From NCBI GenBank assembly GCA_037131755.1, contig JBAXQJ010000003.1:6870-70869 (forward strand): a stretch of DNA of 64,000 nt. Reading direction: 5' to 3'. Of this stretch, positions 29,932-39,671 are shown piece by piece. A program made the position numbers and the translations under genes. Position 1 is the first letter of the stretch, and every line of letters starts with the position of its first letter. The DNA is from a bacterium (GTDB lineage: Bacteria > Patescibacteriota > Minisyncoccia > Phycocordibacterales > GWA1-40-21). The notes beneath the pieces are model-generated. The model did no database searches, had not been told where the DNA came from, and worked only from the letters and a program-made list of their open reading frames with translations.

Positions 29932-31008
29932 TTACTTTCCCAGCAAAGCGATTATCACGCCGACAAGGGCAAAAATAATTCCGATAATCCAGTAGCGCAT
30001 GGTGACTTTGTAGGCCGGCCAGCCAATCGCCTCGAAGTGATGGTGAATAGGTGCTACCTGAAAGATTTTTTTGCCATTACGGAATTTTTTTGAGAGGACC
30101 TGGATCACAACCGACAAGGTTGTGACAACCAAAGGAAAGGCGATTATCGGCAAGACAAACAGGCCGACTCCCTCTCCCATCGAATCAGCCATAAAGGCGA
30201 CAATCGTCAGGGTCAAAGTGAGAGCCATGCTGCCTGTTTCCGACATGTAAAAACGAGCTGGCGGAATATTGAACCAGAGAAAAGCCAGTATTGCTCCGAC
30301 CAGCATCAGGCAGAAAGCCGAGAGATTTATTTGTCCTTGGGCAAAGGAAATAACCGCATAAGCGGAAAAGATGGTGGCGAATATTCCCCCGGCCAGACCA
30401 TCGAGACCGTCAATTACCCCGCCAGAATATATGGCCATCGCGACGATGACAAACAGCGGAATAAACCATAGGCCGATATCGAGACTGCCATAAAATGGAA
30501 TTCCTATCGCGTGAATTTCGAGTTTAAAGTAAAACCAGGAGGCGATGGCTAGGCTGATCAAGCCGATGAGTAGCAGTCTTTTTTTTAATGACAAACCGCC
30601 GGCTTTGTGGTCGCCGTTTCCTCGAATATCCATCCAATCATCAACGAGTCCGACCATGGCGCCAAAGACCAAGGTAAAAAGCGGTATCCAAGTCTGATCT
30701 CGGCTGAGAAAATCCAATTTGCTCAAAAAATCACCGCCAGCCAATCTGGCGAGCAGCCAAATCAATACGATTACAATCAAACTAGAAAGCCAGATTATGA
30801 TACCGCCCATCCTCGGAACGCTTGTTTCGTTTTTGGCATGCAAACTATTGAATATCGGCGTTCCTCGCCCGTCGACAGCAACGGTCTTGGCTTTCTTTTT
30901 CCACATTTCATTTTTGTACAGGAAATTGGTCAAAAATGGGGTGAGAATAATGCCGATGATAAAGGCTAAAACGGAAGGCAGAAATATTTTGATAATGCTT
31001 AAAGTCAT
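29932..31008 (-). CDS. mraY: phospho-N-acetylmuramoyl-pentapeptide-transferase MraY
   Basis: 358 aa; DDxxD-like VDDWMD, GLDGLAGG and the HHHFE motif. Confidence 0.9.
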   Translation of the reverse strand: MTLSIIKIFLPSVLAFIIGIILTPFLTNFLYKNEMWKKKAKTVAVDGRGTPIFNSLHAKNETSVPRMGGIIIWLSSLIVIVLIWLLARLAGGDFLSKLDFLSRDQTWIPLFTLVFGAMVGLVDDWMDIRGNGDHKAGGLSLKKRLLLIGLISLAIASWFYFKLEIHAIGIPFYGSLDIGLWFIPLFVIVAMAIYSGGVIDGLDGLAGGIFATIFSAYAVISFAQGQINLSAFCLMLVGAILAFLWFNIPPARFYMSETGSMALTLTLTIVAFMADSMGEGVGLFVLPIIAFPLVVTTLSVVIQVLSKKFRNGKKIFQVAPIHHHFEAIGWPAYKVTMRYWIIGIIFALVGVIIALLGK

Positions 31009-31028
31009 AGAAATTGATTATAGCATCT

Positions 31029-31970
31029 TTAATTGGCCATTGGAAAGGTTGCTTTAATTGCCGAAATTGATGATTTTAAGAGTGTTTTCATCTCGTCAAA
31101 GCGGTTATCGGAGTTCAGTATCACGGCCACAATTTTTTGTCCGTCTGTCGTTTCTACCATCAGGATAAGATTTTGTTTGGCAAGGATGGTAGTGCCGGTT
31201 TTGCCGCCAATGATTTTGGAGCCGATTGTGTCGTCAGACAACAACTCGTCGGTGGAGCGTATTTCCTGGCAGACATTGCTTGTCGAACAAATCTCCGTTT
31301 TTTTGATTGTTGTCAGGTCAAGAATGCCTTTTTGCTCAAAAAATATATAGGTGATTAGTTTTGACAAGTCTTCCGCCGATGAAGTGTTCTGCGGTCCGGA
31401 TATGTTATCCAGACCGTTGGGGTTTGTAAAATACGTATCTGTCATGCCGAGATCTTGACTTTTCTTGTTCATAAGCGCGACAAATTTGTTGTTTGGAAAT
31501 TGTGATGTCAGTATTTCTGCTGCAAAATTATCCGAGGCGATCAGCATCAGTTTTGTGAGTGTACTGACTTTGTATTTTTCACCAACGGCAAGGACGGTAC
31601 TGTTTAGGGATGATTGCCCTGTCAACTGTTCGGGTGTGATTTGGATTAATTTGTCTTGATTAAGCTGCTCGGTCGCCACCAAAGCGGTCATTAGTTTTGT
31701 CAGGCTGGCAATCGGCAGAGAGGTGGTGGAGTTTTTATAAGCAATTGTCGTTAATCTGGAGCCGTTCAGTAAGACAGACAAATATGATTGGGCCGATAGC
31801 TGGCCGAGCGTCTCGTCTGATCGAAATACGGATGATTTTACGGCGGGAAAGGTTGTCCGATTTTGCGGCATGCCGAGATTTTTTATCAAAACTATCAGAA
31901 AAAACACCAGTATGACCAGCGTGATTATAAAAATAGTTGAAATAAAACGATCCTTATTTGAAAAATTCAT
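31029..31970 (-). CDS. D-alanyl-D-alanine carboxypeptidase (S11, PBP5-like)
   Basis: 313 aa; SLTKLMT (SxxK), SDN and KTGTT motifs. Confidence 0.8.
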   Translation of the reverse strand: MNFSNKDRFISTIFIITLVILVFFLIVLIKNLGMPQNRTTFPAVKSSVFRSDETLGQLSAQSYLSVLLNGSRLTTIAYKNSTTSLPIASLTKLMTALVATEQLNQDKLIQITPEQLTGQSSLNSTVLAVGEKYKVSTLTKLMLIASDNFAAEILTSQFPNNKFVALMNKKSQDLGMTDTYFTNPNGLDNISGPQNTSSAEDLSKLITYIFFEQKGILDLTTIKKTEICSTSNVCQEIRSTDELLSDDTIGSKIIGGKTGTTILAKQNLILMVETTDGQKIVAVILNSDNRFDEMKTLLKSSISAIKATFPMAN

Positions 31971-31975
31971 CGCCT

Positions 31976-32698
31976 TTAAATGTTTTCTGTCTGTTCGATT
32001 ACGCGATCTTCTGTCTCGAGGATGTCGGAATTTTCTTCATCGGTAAAAGTCTCGGATTCTTCGGTTATGGAACTGATTGTCGATGGTTCAGATACTTCGC
32101 CCGTTTCTTTTGGCATGTTGTCCAGGGCAGAATTTTCTGCTTGATAGGCGTTAAATTCGGCTCGGACCTTCTCGTATTCCGGCAAGTCTTCGATCTTGGA
32201 TACGCCCAAAAATTGCAGCAATTCAAAGGTTGGCCGGTAAAGGAAACTGCGATGATCGGCCGGATTGGTAATTTTCTCTACCAGACCCCTGATTTGTAGG
32301 TTGCGTAAAATGAAGTTTGATTGAACGCCGCGAATATAGTCGATGTCGGCCCGAGAAATCGGCCCTTTGTAGGCGATAATTGAAATTGTTTCCAGGCCTG
32401 CCTTGCCTAAATCGCGCACTAATTCTTCTTTGGTGAGCCGTTCTATGAGGTGCGATAGGCTTGGCGCCGTGCCAAGCATCACTTCCCCATCCTTAAATAA
32501 CAGTTCGACACCGCGGCCGGCGATTTTTCCTTTTAGGACTTCCAAAGCGCTAGAAATTTCCTCTTCTTTTTTACCCAAAGAGGCCGCTATTTTTTTTACC
32601 GACATCGGTTCGCCCTTCCAAAAGAGAATGGCCTCGATCTCAATAGAAATTTTTTCTATTTCGCCATTATTCAAGTCATTTTTTGTTTCTGTTTCCAT
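31976..32698 (-). CDS. scpB: segregation and condensation protein B
   Basis: 240 aa; tandem winged helices and an acidic C-terminal tail. Confidence 0.8.
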   Translation of the reverse strand: METETKNDLNNGEIEKISIEIEAILFWKGEPMSVKKIAASLGKKEEEISSALEVLKGKIAGRGVELLFKDGEVMLGTAPSLSHLIERLTKEELVRDLGKAGLETISIIAYKGPISRADIDYIRGVQSNFILRNLQIRGLVEKITNPADHRSFLYRPTFELLQFLGVSKIEDLPEYEKVRAEFNAYQAENSALDNMPKETGEVSEPSTISSITEESETFTDEENSDILETEDRVIEQTENI

Positions 32699-32762
32699 TG
32701 ATTAAATTTTATTTATTATTTATTCGTCGTGAAATTTCTAACGGGACAAGTCTGCCTCTCGG

Positions 32763-33494
32763 CTAATTGTATTGCGGGACGCCCACGTCCTGGGTCTCAA
32801 TTTCAATGTCGGAAAATTGGTTTTCCTGCTTGACGTTTACGATCCCCTGTTTGACCAATTCCAGCATTGCCAAGAAGCTAATTATAACATTAACCTTCTC
32901 TTCTTTGCCAAACTTGGAGAAATCTTTAAAACTCATTTTGACGCTCCGCTTGATCCTTTCGGTCAGATTACCGATCATTTCTTCCAGGCTGATAACCTTT
33001 TTAACCACCGCTTTGGGAATAAATTCTTTCTTCGGCAAGGCCTTGATGGCGTTTAAAATGGCCGATAGAAGGTTTTCCTTGGTCATGGTCTGGTCAGGTG
33101 AAAAGACCGGAACGGCTTTTCGTGGTTCGGCGGCAAAAATTATATCTTTGCCAAAACGAATTTTAATGTGATTGCTCAATTCCTTTATTCGTTGGTAGAT
33201 TTTCAGCCTAGTTTCCAAGTCCACAATGTCAGCCTGTTCTTCAGAAGTGAGATTCAACGACGGGAGTAACGACCGAGACTTGATCAAGATCAAGGTTGAG
33301 GCGATCACCAAAAAATCGGCACTGTCGGCAATCGGGAAACTTTCCTTGCCTTGCAGGTAGGCGATATAATCGTCAGCCACCTTGGCCAGGGAAATTTCAT
33401 TGATGAAAAGTTTCCTTTTTTCCACAAGCGAAAGCAGCAGGTCGAGCGGCCCTTCAAAGTTTTCGGTTTTTATTTGGAATTTGTTTTCTGACAT
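32763..33494 (-). CDS. scpA: segregation and condensation protein A
   Basis: 243 aa; ScpA/kleisin family. Confidence 0.8.
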   Translation of the reverse strand: MSENKFQIKTENFEGPLDLLLSLVEKRKLFINEISLAKVADDYIAYLQGKESFPIADSADFLVIASTLILIKSRSLLPSLNLTSEEQADIVDLETRLKIYQRIKELSNHIKIRFGKDIIFAAEPRKAVPVFSPDQTMTKENLLSAILNAIKALPKKEFIPKAVVKKVISLEEMIGNLTERIKRSVKMSFKDFSKFGKEEKVNVIISFLAMLELVKQGIVNVKQENQFSDIEIETQDVGVPQYN

Positions 33495-33533
33495 CGGACT
33501 GTATTATAGCATCTTACTTTTGATATTATTATA

Positions 33534-34886
33534 TCAGTATTCACTGTCACTCCCCTCCAATCTCTCGTCAATTCTGTTCATATCTCTAGGAAATATTACC
33601 GCTTGACGGACGTTTGGCAAATTCAAAAACTGCATAACAATTCTTTCGGCGCCAAAAGCAAAACCGCCTTCGGGTGGCACTCCATATTTAAATGCCTGTA
33701 AGAACATTGTAATGGTTTTTGGATCAAGACCCCATTCTTTTACGTGCTTATCAAGTTGTTCATAATTATTTATACGGCGACCACCGGAAAGTAGCTCGCG
33801 TCCTCTGCAGATAAGATCGACACCCTCGTTGAATTCTGGCTCTTCTGGGTTTGGATAAACATAGAAGGGTTTCTTCTTGGTTGGATAACCATAAATAAAC
33901 ACAAAGTCTGAGCCTGTTTCTTTCTTAACTATTTCACAAATCTCCACTTCATCTTGAGAAGAAAGATCTTTATCTCCTCTGTTGTCGCGTTTGTAAGCTT
34001 GAAAAATTTTCTCTTGCGCTTCTCTTAGTGACATGGTCGGTGTTTTATCAATCATAACCGGAAGTTCTGCACTAAGGATTTTTAAATGTTCCGGGTTCTT
34101 TTTTTGTATTTGTTCCAAGATATATCTGATTGTTTTTTCAGCCATATCTTTTACATCAGTCCAGGAATCAATAAAACCAAATTCAGCATCCAAAGAAACA
34201 ATCTCTGTAAGATGACGTGTTGTGGAGCTTGGTTCAGCCCGGAAGATCTTGTTAACCGAGAAACATCTTTCAAAGGCACTCATTACGATTTGTTTATAGA
34301 GTTGTGGCGATTGAGTCAAATAAGCGCTTTTGTTGAAATAACCTATCTTAAATACTTCAGCTCCGCCTTCAGCGGTTGCTGGTACGATACAAGGCGCCTG
34401 GAATTCAAAAAAGTTTTCACTCTTCATTATTTCCCGGAAACTATCGACAACTGTCTCTTGAATCTTAAACACCGCTTGGATTTTTGGGTGACGAAGAGTA
34501 AGGGCACGATTATCAAGTTCGGTTATTAGATCTAGATTAAAACCATCAACCGACATGTCAAAAGGTAATGGGGCTGCCTCTGCGAGTATATCGATTCTTA
34601 GTATTTCAAGTTCTATGTTACCGTTTAAAACTCCAGCTTTTTTGTTTCTTTCAGGACGCTCGTTTATTTTTCCGCTAACCTCAACAACAAATTCCTGGCG
34701 TAGTTTCTTGCCCTGTTCCAAGGCTTCCGATTGATTAGGCAGAATAACACCCTGGATGATACCGGTCATGTCCCGAAAATCCAAGAAGATCATCTTGCCT
34801 TGGTCACGCCGGACATTTACCCAGCCTTTAATCAGCACTTCTTTTCCAACCTTTTCTGCTAATTCTTTTATATATGTTCTTTGCAT
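33534..34886 (-). CDS. class IIb aminoacyl-tRNA synthetase, asparaginyl- or type-2 aspartyl-tRNA synthetase
   Basis: 450 aa; N-terminal OB fold, QSPQLYKQ, FRAE and the GGFAFGAERIVM motif 3. Length fits AsnRS or archaeal-type AspRS; the two cannot be told apart without an alignment. Confidence 0.8.
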   Translation of the reverse strand: MQRTYIKELAEKVGKEVLIKGWVNVRRDQGKMIFLDFRDMTGIIQGVILPNQSEALEQGKKLRQEFVVEVSGKINERPERNKKAGVLNGNIELEILRIDILAEAAPLPFDMSVDGFNLDLITELDNRALTLRHPKIQAVFKIQETVVDSFREIMKSENFFEFQAPCIVPATAEGGAEVFKIGYFNKSAYLTQSPQLYKQIVMSAFERCFSVNKIFRAEPSSTTRHLTEIVSLDAEFGFIDSWTDVKDMAEKTIRYILEQIQKKNPEHLKILSAELPVMIDKTPTMSLREAQEKIFQAYKRDNRGDKDLSSQDEVEICEIVKKETGSDFVFIYGYPTKKKPFYVYPNPEEPEFNEGVDLICRGRELLSGGRRINNYEQLDKHVKEWGLDPKTITMFLQAFKYGVPPEGGFAFGAERIVMQFLNLPNVRQAVIFPRDMNRIDERLEGSDSEY

Positions 34887-34888
34887 TT

Positions 34889-35050
34889 TTATCTTTTGTT
34901 AATCTTTAATAATTTTTCTATCTTTTTGCAACAGTTTGCGCATAGATGATATTTATAGACCCGATGGTCAATATCCGGCGGACTCAATAAAATCCCGCCA
35001 TAATCCTTGAGCTCGGTATTGCATTTGTCGCATTTTGGTTTGATGGCCAT
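34889..35050 (-). CDS. hypothetical C4 zinc-ribbon small protein (53 aa)
   Basis: Not in the ORF track because it is under 60 aa. Reads MAIKPKCDKC...HLCANCC. Its stop is adjacent to the asnS-like start, suggesting co-transcription. Confidence 0.4.
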   Translation of the reverse strand: MAIKPKCDKCNTELKDYGGILLSPPDIDHRVYKYHLCANCCKKIEKLLKINKR

Positions 35051-35061
35051 AGGTTTTATTA

Positions 35062-35280
35062 TTATTTTTCACTAACAAATTGGAATCTGGGCATCTGCTT
35101 GCCTTCGACGGTTACAATCCCCTCGAACATTGTTATTGGTCGAACCCAGAATTTTGATTTTTCATTGTCATATAGAGCTTCGTAAACCACCAGATCTTCC
35201 AGGGTTTCCGAATGCTTGGCGACGAAATGTACCTTATATAAATTTCCGGTTTTTGAATGTTTGTATATTCCTGTTTTCAT
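35062..35280 (-). CDS. DUF1653 family protein
   Basis: 72 aa; the MKTGIYKHSKTGNLYKV...HSETLEDLVVYEALY pattern is typical of DUF1653. Confidence 0.65.
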   Translation of the reverse strand: MKTGIYKHSKTGNLYKVHFVAKHSETLEDLVVYEALYDNEKSKFWVRPITMFEGIVTVEGKQMPRFQFVSEK

Positions 35281-35310
35281 TGTTTTTTTTATTAGTTATT
35301 AAAAACAAAA

Positions 35311-35352
35311 CGCCCTCGCAAAAAATCAAAAATTTGATTTTTTGCGAGGGCG
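35311..35352. terminator. very strong bidirectional terminator (20-bp perfect stem)
   Basis: CGCCCTCGCAAAAAATCAAA / TTTGATTTTTTGCGAGGGCG with T-runs on both strands. Confidence 0.85.
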
Positions 35353-35649
35353 AACGAGTTCGCGGTGCCACCTCACTTTCTTGTCCCGCATAGCTTTTGG
35401 CGACGTGGGATGACTCATTACGGGGTTCTACTTATTTTCTAGATTACTGCTTTCGCAGGAATGACAGAAAAATGTTCTTCCCCAGGTTTAGCCTCTCCGA
35501 TCCATATCGATTCAGCCAAGGCTGTGTTTGCAACCTATCACCTTTAGACTGAATAATATAACAATATATGACATATATCAAATATTGACAACTTATCACC
35601 TTATGTTATTGTATTGTTTGAATCTTAAACAAGAAAAAAGGAGGTCTTT

Positions 35650-36213
35650 ATGGCGAATAATGATATTTATACTGGTTTGCTCGATCGCAAGGTTTTGGCT
35701 GTCGCTGGCGAGGTTAACGGCGATATGCTCAAGTATTTTCGCAATTCGATGGCCGAATTGTATTGCAAGGGTTGCCCGGACATAATGATCATCTTTTCTA
35801 GCAATGGCGGTGAAGTCATTACCGGTTTGGATATTTATGATCTTATAGTGACGTATCCGGGTAAGAAAACCGGCATCGTCACGGGATTGGCAGCCTCGAT
35901 AGCGGCGGTGATCTTGCAGGCTTGTGACAAACGTTTTGCTACGCATCACGCCCGGGTGCTGATCCATCATATCAACACCCGCCGGGTCGGTCTCGATACT
36001 CTTCGCGATGACAGTAAAATTGCGGAGTTGAGAAAAGATTTGGAACAATCCCAGGCCCATCTCTACGAGATCTTGTGCAAAAAAACAAACAAGACTCGCG
36101 AGGTGATATCCGAGGAGTGCGTGAAAAATCGGGAGATGATGGCGGCCGAAGCGGTGCAGTTTGGTCTTTTGGATGGCGAATGGGACAAGCCCCTGCCCTT
36201 CACTGGTTCGTGA
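35650..36213 (+). CDS. ClpP-family serine protease (S14), orphan
   Basis: 187 aa; SNGGEVITGLDIYD, GLAASIAAVIL (Ser) and HHARVLIHH (His) parallel the ClpP catalytic triad region. TTGACA-17-TATTGT promoter and AAAGGAGG ribosome-binding site. No clpX or clpA is adjacent. Confidence 0.7.
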   Translation: MANNDIYTGLLDRKVLAVAGEVNGDMLKYFRNSMAELYCKGCPDIMIIFSSNGGEVITGLDIYDLIVTYPGKKTGIVTGLAASIAAVILQACDKRFATHHARVLIHHINTRRVGLDTLRDDSKIAELRKDLEQSQAHLYEILCKKTNKTREVISEECVKNREMMAAEAVQFGLLDGEWDKPLPFTGS

Positions 36214-36227
36214 AAATGATACGTTAT

Positions 36228-36266
36228 AAAAAGCCGGAGGTCTAATGACCCCGGCTTTGTTTTTTG
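36228..36266. terminator. bidirectional terminator between the clpP-like and ABC exporter genes
   Basis: AGCCGG...CCGGCT hairpin followed by TTGTTTTTT. Confidence 0.7.
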
Positions 36267-36278
36267 GGAGTTTAAAAT

Positions 36279-38084
36279 TTATTCATACTCACTCTTCTGC
36301 TGGTTATACAGGCTGTTGTAGAGTCCTTGCTTGGCCGTTAATTCCTCGTGCGTCCCCTCTTCGACGATTTTCCCGTGCTCCATGACCAAGATTTTGTTGG
36401 CGCGACGGATTGTGGCGAAATTATGAGAAATAAGCAGGGCGGATTTTTCTTCGGATAGGTTTTCGATGTTCCTAAAAATCTCGGAGGCAGATGGGGCGTC
36501 GACGGCCGCTGTTGGTTCATCCAAAACATAGATATCAGCATCGCGGTAAAAGATTCTAGCCAAAGCCATTTTTTGTTTTTCACCTTTTGATAATTCTTCG
36601 CCGCCGAATTCAACGCCGATCATTGTGTCGAGGCCGTCTTTCCATTGGTCAATATAATTAGCCGCGGTGCTTTGTTTGGTGGCCAATCTTACTTTGTCGA
36701 TATCCAGCTTTTTGGTGTTATCCGCAATAGCGATGGCTTCTTTGGCTAAAAATTGGAAACCGCCGTAGTCTTGCATTAAAACCCCCAGCCTGCTCCACCA
36801 TTGGCTTAGGTCTAGTTCCTTGATATTTATGCCGTTGATGAGTATTTCCCCTTCCGTTGCGTCGTGTATTCGCAGAAGAAGCCTGACGATTGTCGACTTG
36901 CCGGCACCGTTGTGGCCGACAAAAGCGATTTTTTCGCCAGGATTAATCTCAAAAGAAATGTTGTTGAGGACGAGTGAGTCTTGTTTGGGATATTTGAATG
37001 AGACATTTTTGAATTCAATAACTGTCTTCTCTTTGGCGGATAATCTCTTTGGCTTTGAGGGGGTTTTGATTACCGGTTTGGTAGCGAGCAAGTCCACAAT
37101 GTCATTCACATACAGGTTTCTTTCCAGCTGACGAGCGAGCATTAAAAGAAAAGCGGAAAAAGCACCATTAAGATTTGTTATAGCTGTAAAAAGAAAAACA
37201 ACCGTACCGATTGTGATCGCACCTGTCAGAGTCATTTTTATGGCGATGGCAAGCGATAAGTAAATTCCAGCGTTTGCTAATATTTCGGTTAAAAACCGAT
37301 AAGCAAACCTTCTTTTTTCAAGTTGCATTTGCTTGCCAAGAAAACGATCCATAATGTCTTTTGATGAAGCAAGGAAGAAATCATGAATTTGGAAGAGCTT
37401 TGCCTCAATCACCCGAAATTTATTTGTAAAGAATGTCCGATTATCCAAGTGTCGTCTTTGTTCTCGAGAATTTTCCGCAAAGAGGCCCCAACTGCCCCCG
37501 CCATAATAGACTTCAACAATAAAATTAGGGATTGAAGATATTAATGTAATGGTAAATATTCTCCAATCAATGAAAAGTATTGCAAACGCACTACCAATGA
37601 ACAACACAAAACGCTGGATATTTTGTTGACCAATATCCATTATGTTGATTATTGGCGAAGTACCGTTGTTAAAGGCTCTTTGGGTGAGATCTTGGTATGA
37701 TGGATCTTCAATATGGGCGATATCGGCCTCACCGCGTTTTCTGATGGTGTAGAGGTCTAAAAAGTTGGTAAAGTTGATAAACCAATATTTGAAATTATAA
37801 CTTGCATATGTATCGACGAGTGGTAATGCCGTACGGGTAGCAATATACAGGGCGAGAATTTGCCAAACATTATTAATCTGACCAGATTTGATAAAGGTTG
37901 TGATTGAGTCAATGAGATAACCGAAAACCTTAGATAACACTACGGGGAATACACCAGCTAAAATAGCCATTAAAATAATTATCGAGGTTGCTAATGGCAT
38001 TTCCTTATAAGACAACTTGCCAAACGTCCACACGTTCAAGAAGAGACGCTTGAAATTTGTCCAGCTTTTATTTTTTCTTTCCAT
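36279..38084 (-). CDS. ABC transporter, fused permease and ATP-binding protein (MsbA-like exporter)
   Basis: 601 aa; six TM segments followed by a nucleotide-binding domain with GHNGAGKST, LSKGEKQK and DEPTAAVD. Confidence 0.85.
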   Translation of the reverse strand: MERKNKSWTNFKRLFLNVWTFGKLSYKEMPLATSIIILMAILAGVFPVVLSKVFGYLIDSITTFIKSGQINNVWQILALYIATRTALPLVDTYASYNFKYWFINFTNFLDLYTIRKRGEADIAHIEDPSYQDLTQRAFNNGTSPIINIMDIGQQNIQRFVLFIGSAFAILFIDWRIFTITLISSIPNFIVEVYYGGGSWGLFAENSREQRRHLDNRTFFTNKFRVIEAKLFQIHDFFLASSKDIMDRFLGKQMQLEKRRFAYRFLTEILANAGIYLSLAIAIKMTLTGAITIGTVVFLFTAITNLNGAFSAFLLMLARQLERNLYVNDIVDLLATKPVIKTPSKPKRLSAKEKTVIEFKNVSFKYPKQDSLVLNNISFEINPGEKIAFVGHNGAGKSTIVRLLLRIHDATEGEILINGINIKELDLSQWWSRLGVLMQDYGGFQFLAKEAIAIADNTKKLDIDKVRLATKQSTAANYIDQWKDGLDTMIGVEFGGEELSKGEKQKMALARIFYRDADIYVLDEPTAAVDAPSASEIFRNIENLSEEKSALLISHNFATIRRANKILVMEHGKIVEEGTHEELTAKQGLYNSLYNQQKSEYE

Positions 38085-38103
38085 TATTTATATGGTTATA
38101 GGT

Positions 38104-39072
38104 TTAGTATAAACTGACCCCAATCACTTCCCGCACCTTTTTCATCTTGGCCTCAGCTCGAGCGTTGGCTTTTTTGCCACCCTCCTTGAGTATTTCAAGA
38201 ACAGCCGGAATATTTTTTGCCAGTTCCTTTCGTCGTTCGCGGATCGGCGTGACAAAAGCAATCACGTCAGCCATCAGGGCTTCTTTGAGAATCTTGTATT
38301 TGCCCTTGTTTTCTTCGTAAAGTTTCTTAAGGTAGTCTTCATCGCGGAAAAGTTTGTGAATGGCGTAGACATTTTTTGGCAGTTCGCCGGATGAGTCGGT
38401 GACAATCGACAGGCAGGCCTTCTTGATTTCCTCGTCTTCGGCAAAGAGCGGGATGGTGTTGTTGTAGCTCTTGCTCATTTTCTGACCGTCTATTCCGGGG
38501 ACAGTTTCCACATCGGCCAAAATGAGCGGTTCAGGCAATTTGAATATCTCTTCGCCTTGGCCAAAAATACGGTTGAATTTTTCGGCGGTATCGCGGGCAT
38601 ATTCGACATGCTGTTTCTGGTCTCGCCCGACCGGCACGACATCGGCATCCTGAATCAAAATATCCGCTGCCATCAAGATCGGGTAATCGAAAGTCCCGAC
38701 ATTTATTTCTTTGTTCTTTGCTTCAGCATCTTTGAAGGCGTGAGCGCGCATCAAGTATGGCATGGTAGTCAGGGTATTGAAAATCACGCAAAGTTCGGTG
38801 ACTTGCGGTACGTCCGACTGTTTGAAGAGGCAGACTTTTTTAGGGTCGAGACCGATTGCCAAATAATCCAAGACAATATCGAGGGTGCCCTGGCGGAGTT
38901 CTTCGCCATTCTGAATCATGTTCATCGCATGATAGTCGGCAATGAAAACATAGCTGTCGTGGCTGTCCTGGTTATCGACGAACTGCTTCATTGCGCCAAA
39001 ATAGTTGCCGATATGCGGTCGGCCGGTCGGTTTGACTCCAGAAAGTAACGTTTTTGTTATGTTTTTATCCAT
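38104..39072 (-). CDS. trpS: tryptophanyl-tRNA synthetase
   Basis: 322 aa; HIGH-type motif TGRPHIGNY and KMSKS. Confidence 0.9.
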   Translation of the reverse strand: MDKNITKTLLSGVKPTGRPHIGNYFGAMKQFVDNQDSHDSYVFIADYHAMNMIQNGEELRQGTLDIVLDYLAIGLDPKKVCLFKQSDVPQVTELCVIFNTLTTMPYLMRAHAFKDAEAKNKEINVGTFDYPILMAADILIQDADVVPVGRDQKQHVEYARDTAEKFNRIFGQGEEIFKLPEPLILADVETVPGIDGQKMSKSYNNTIPLFAEDEEIKKACLSIVTDSSGELPKNVYAIHKLFRDEDYLKKLYEENKGKYKILKEALMADVIAFVTPIRERRKELAKNIPAVLEILKEGGKKANARAEAKMKKVREVIGVSLY

Positions 39073-39123
39073 CGGGCAATAATAGCAAATTAAAAGCCGC
39101 CACTCAACTAGGGTTGGAGGCGG

Positions 39124-39639
39124 CTACTGGTGGCCACAGGTCAATTTGTGCTTGAGGATGTCATAGAGAGACATGCCGGTTATCACGACAATTAGCCACA
39201 AAACCGAGAAAACCGTCGAGCTGGCGATTATTGTCAGGCGGTCTTTTTTCTTGATCGGGCCAAAGTTCCAAGCGCCCTTGCGCAAATAGATTACCGTAAC
39301 GATCGGATTGAAGAAGACCGGTAAGACCAAGGCAGCCACTACGTCGCCGTTCTTCAAAATTTCTTTCGCCAGGTTTTGCAGCAAGCCCCTTGATGGACGA
39401 TCTTTCAAGCTTTTAATCAATTCTATGCCCAGCCAGTCTTTGGCTGATCGGAAATACATAAATGCTATTACATAATATGTGACGATCGTCGTGACCAGGG
39501 AAAAACAGCTACCCCAAAACTTTCCCAAAGAAAGCAGGAGGACTGGATAGATCAGGACAACCAAAAAGAAAAAGGACAAAGCCTTGATGCTATACCCGAC
39601 AGCTAATTGCCAAAGTACGATGGGTGATTTTTTGATCAT
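39124..39639 (-). CDS. hypothetical membrane protein
   Basis: 171 aa and hydrophobic; no recognisable family. Confidence 0.4.
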   Translation of the reverse strand: MIKKSPIVLWQLAVGYSIKALSFFFLVVLIYPVLLLSLGKFWGSCFSLVTTIVTYYVIAFMYFRSAKDWLGIELIKSLKDRPSRGLLQNLAKEILKNGDVVAALVLPVFFNPIVTVIYLRKGAWNFGPIKKKDRLTIIASSTVFSVLWLIVVITGMSLYDILKHKLTCGHQ

Positions 39640-39671
39640 TCTTCACCTCCTTTCCGCGCGCTACTATAGCA

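Noticed and set aside
35355-35365. GAACGAGTTC as a second LexA box
   Set aside because: The spacer is only 2 nt; it does not fit the GAAC-N4-GTTC geometry.
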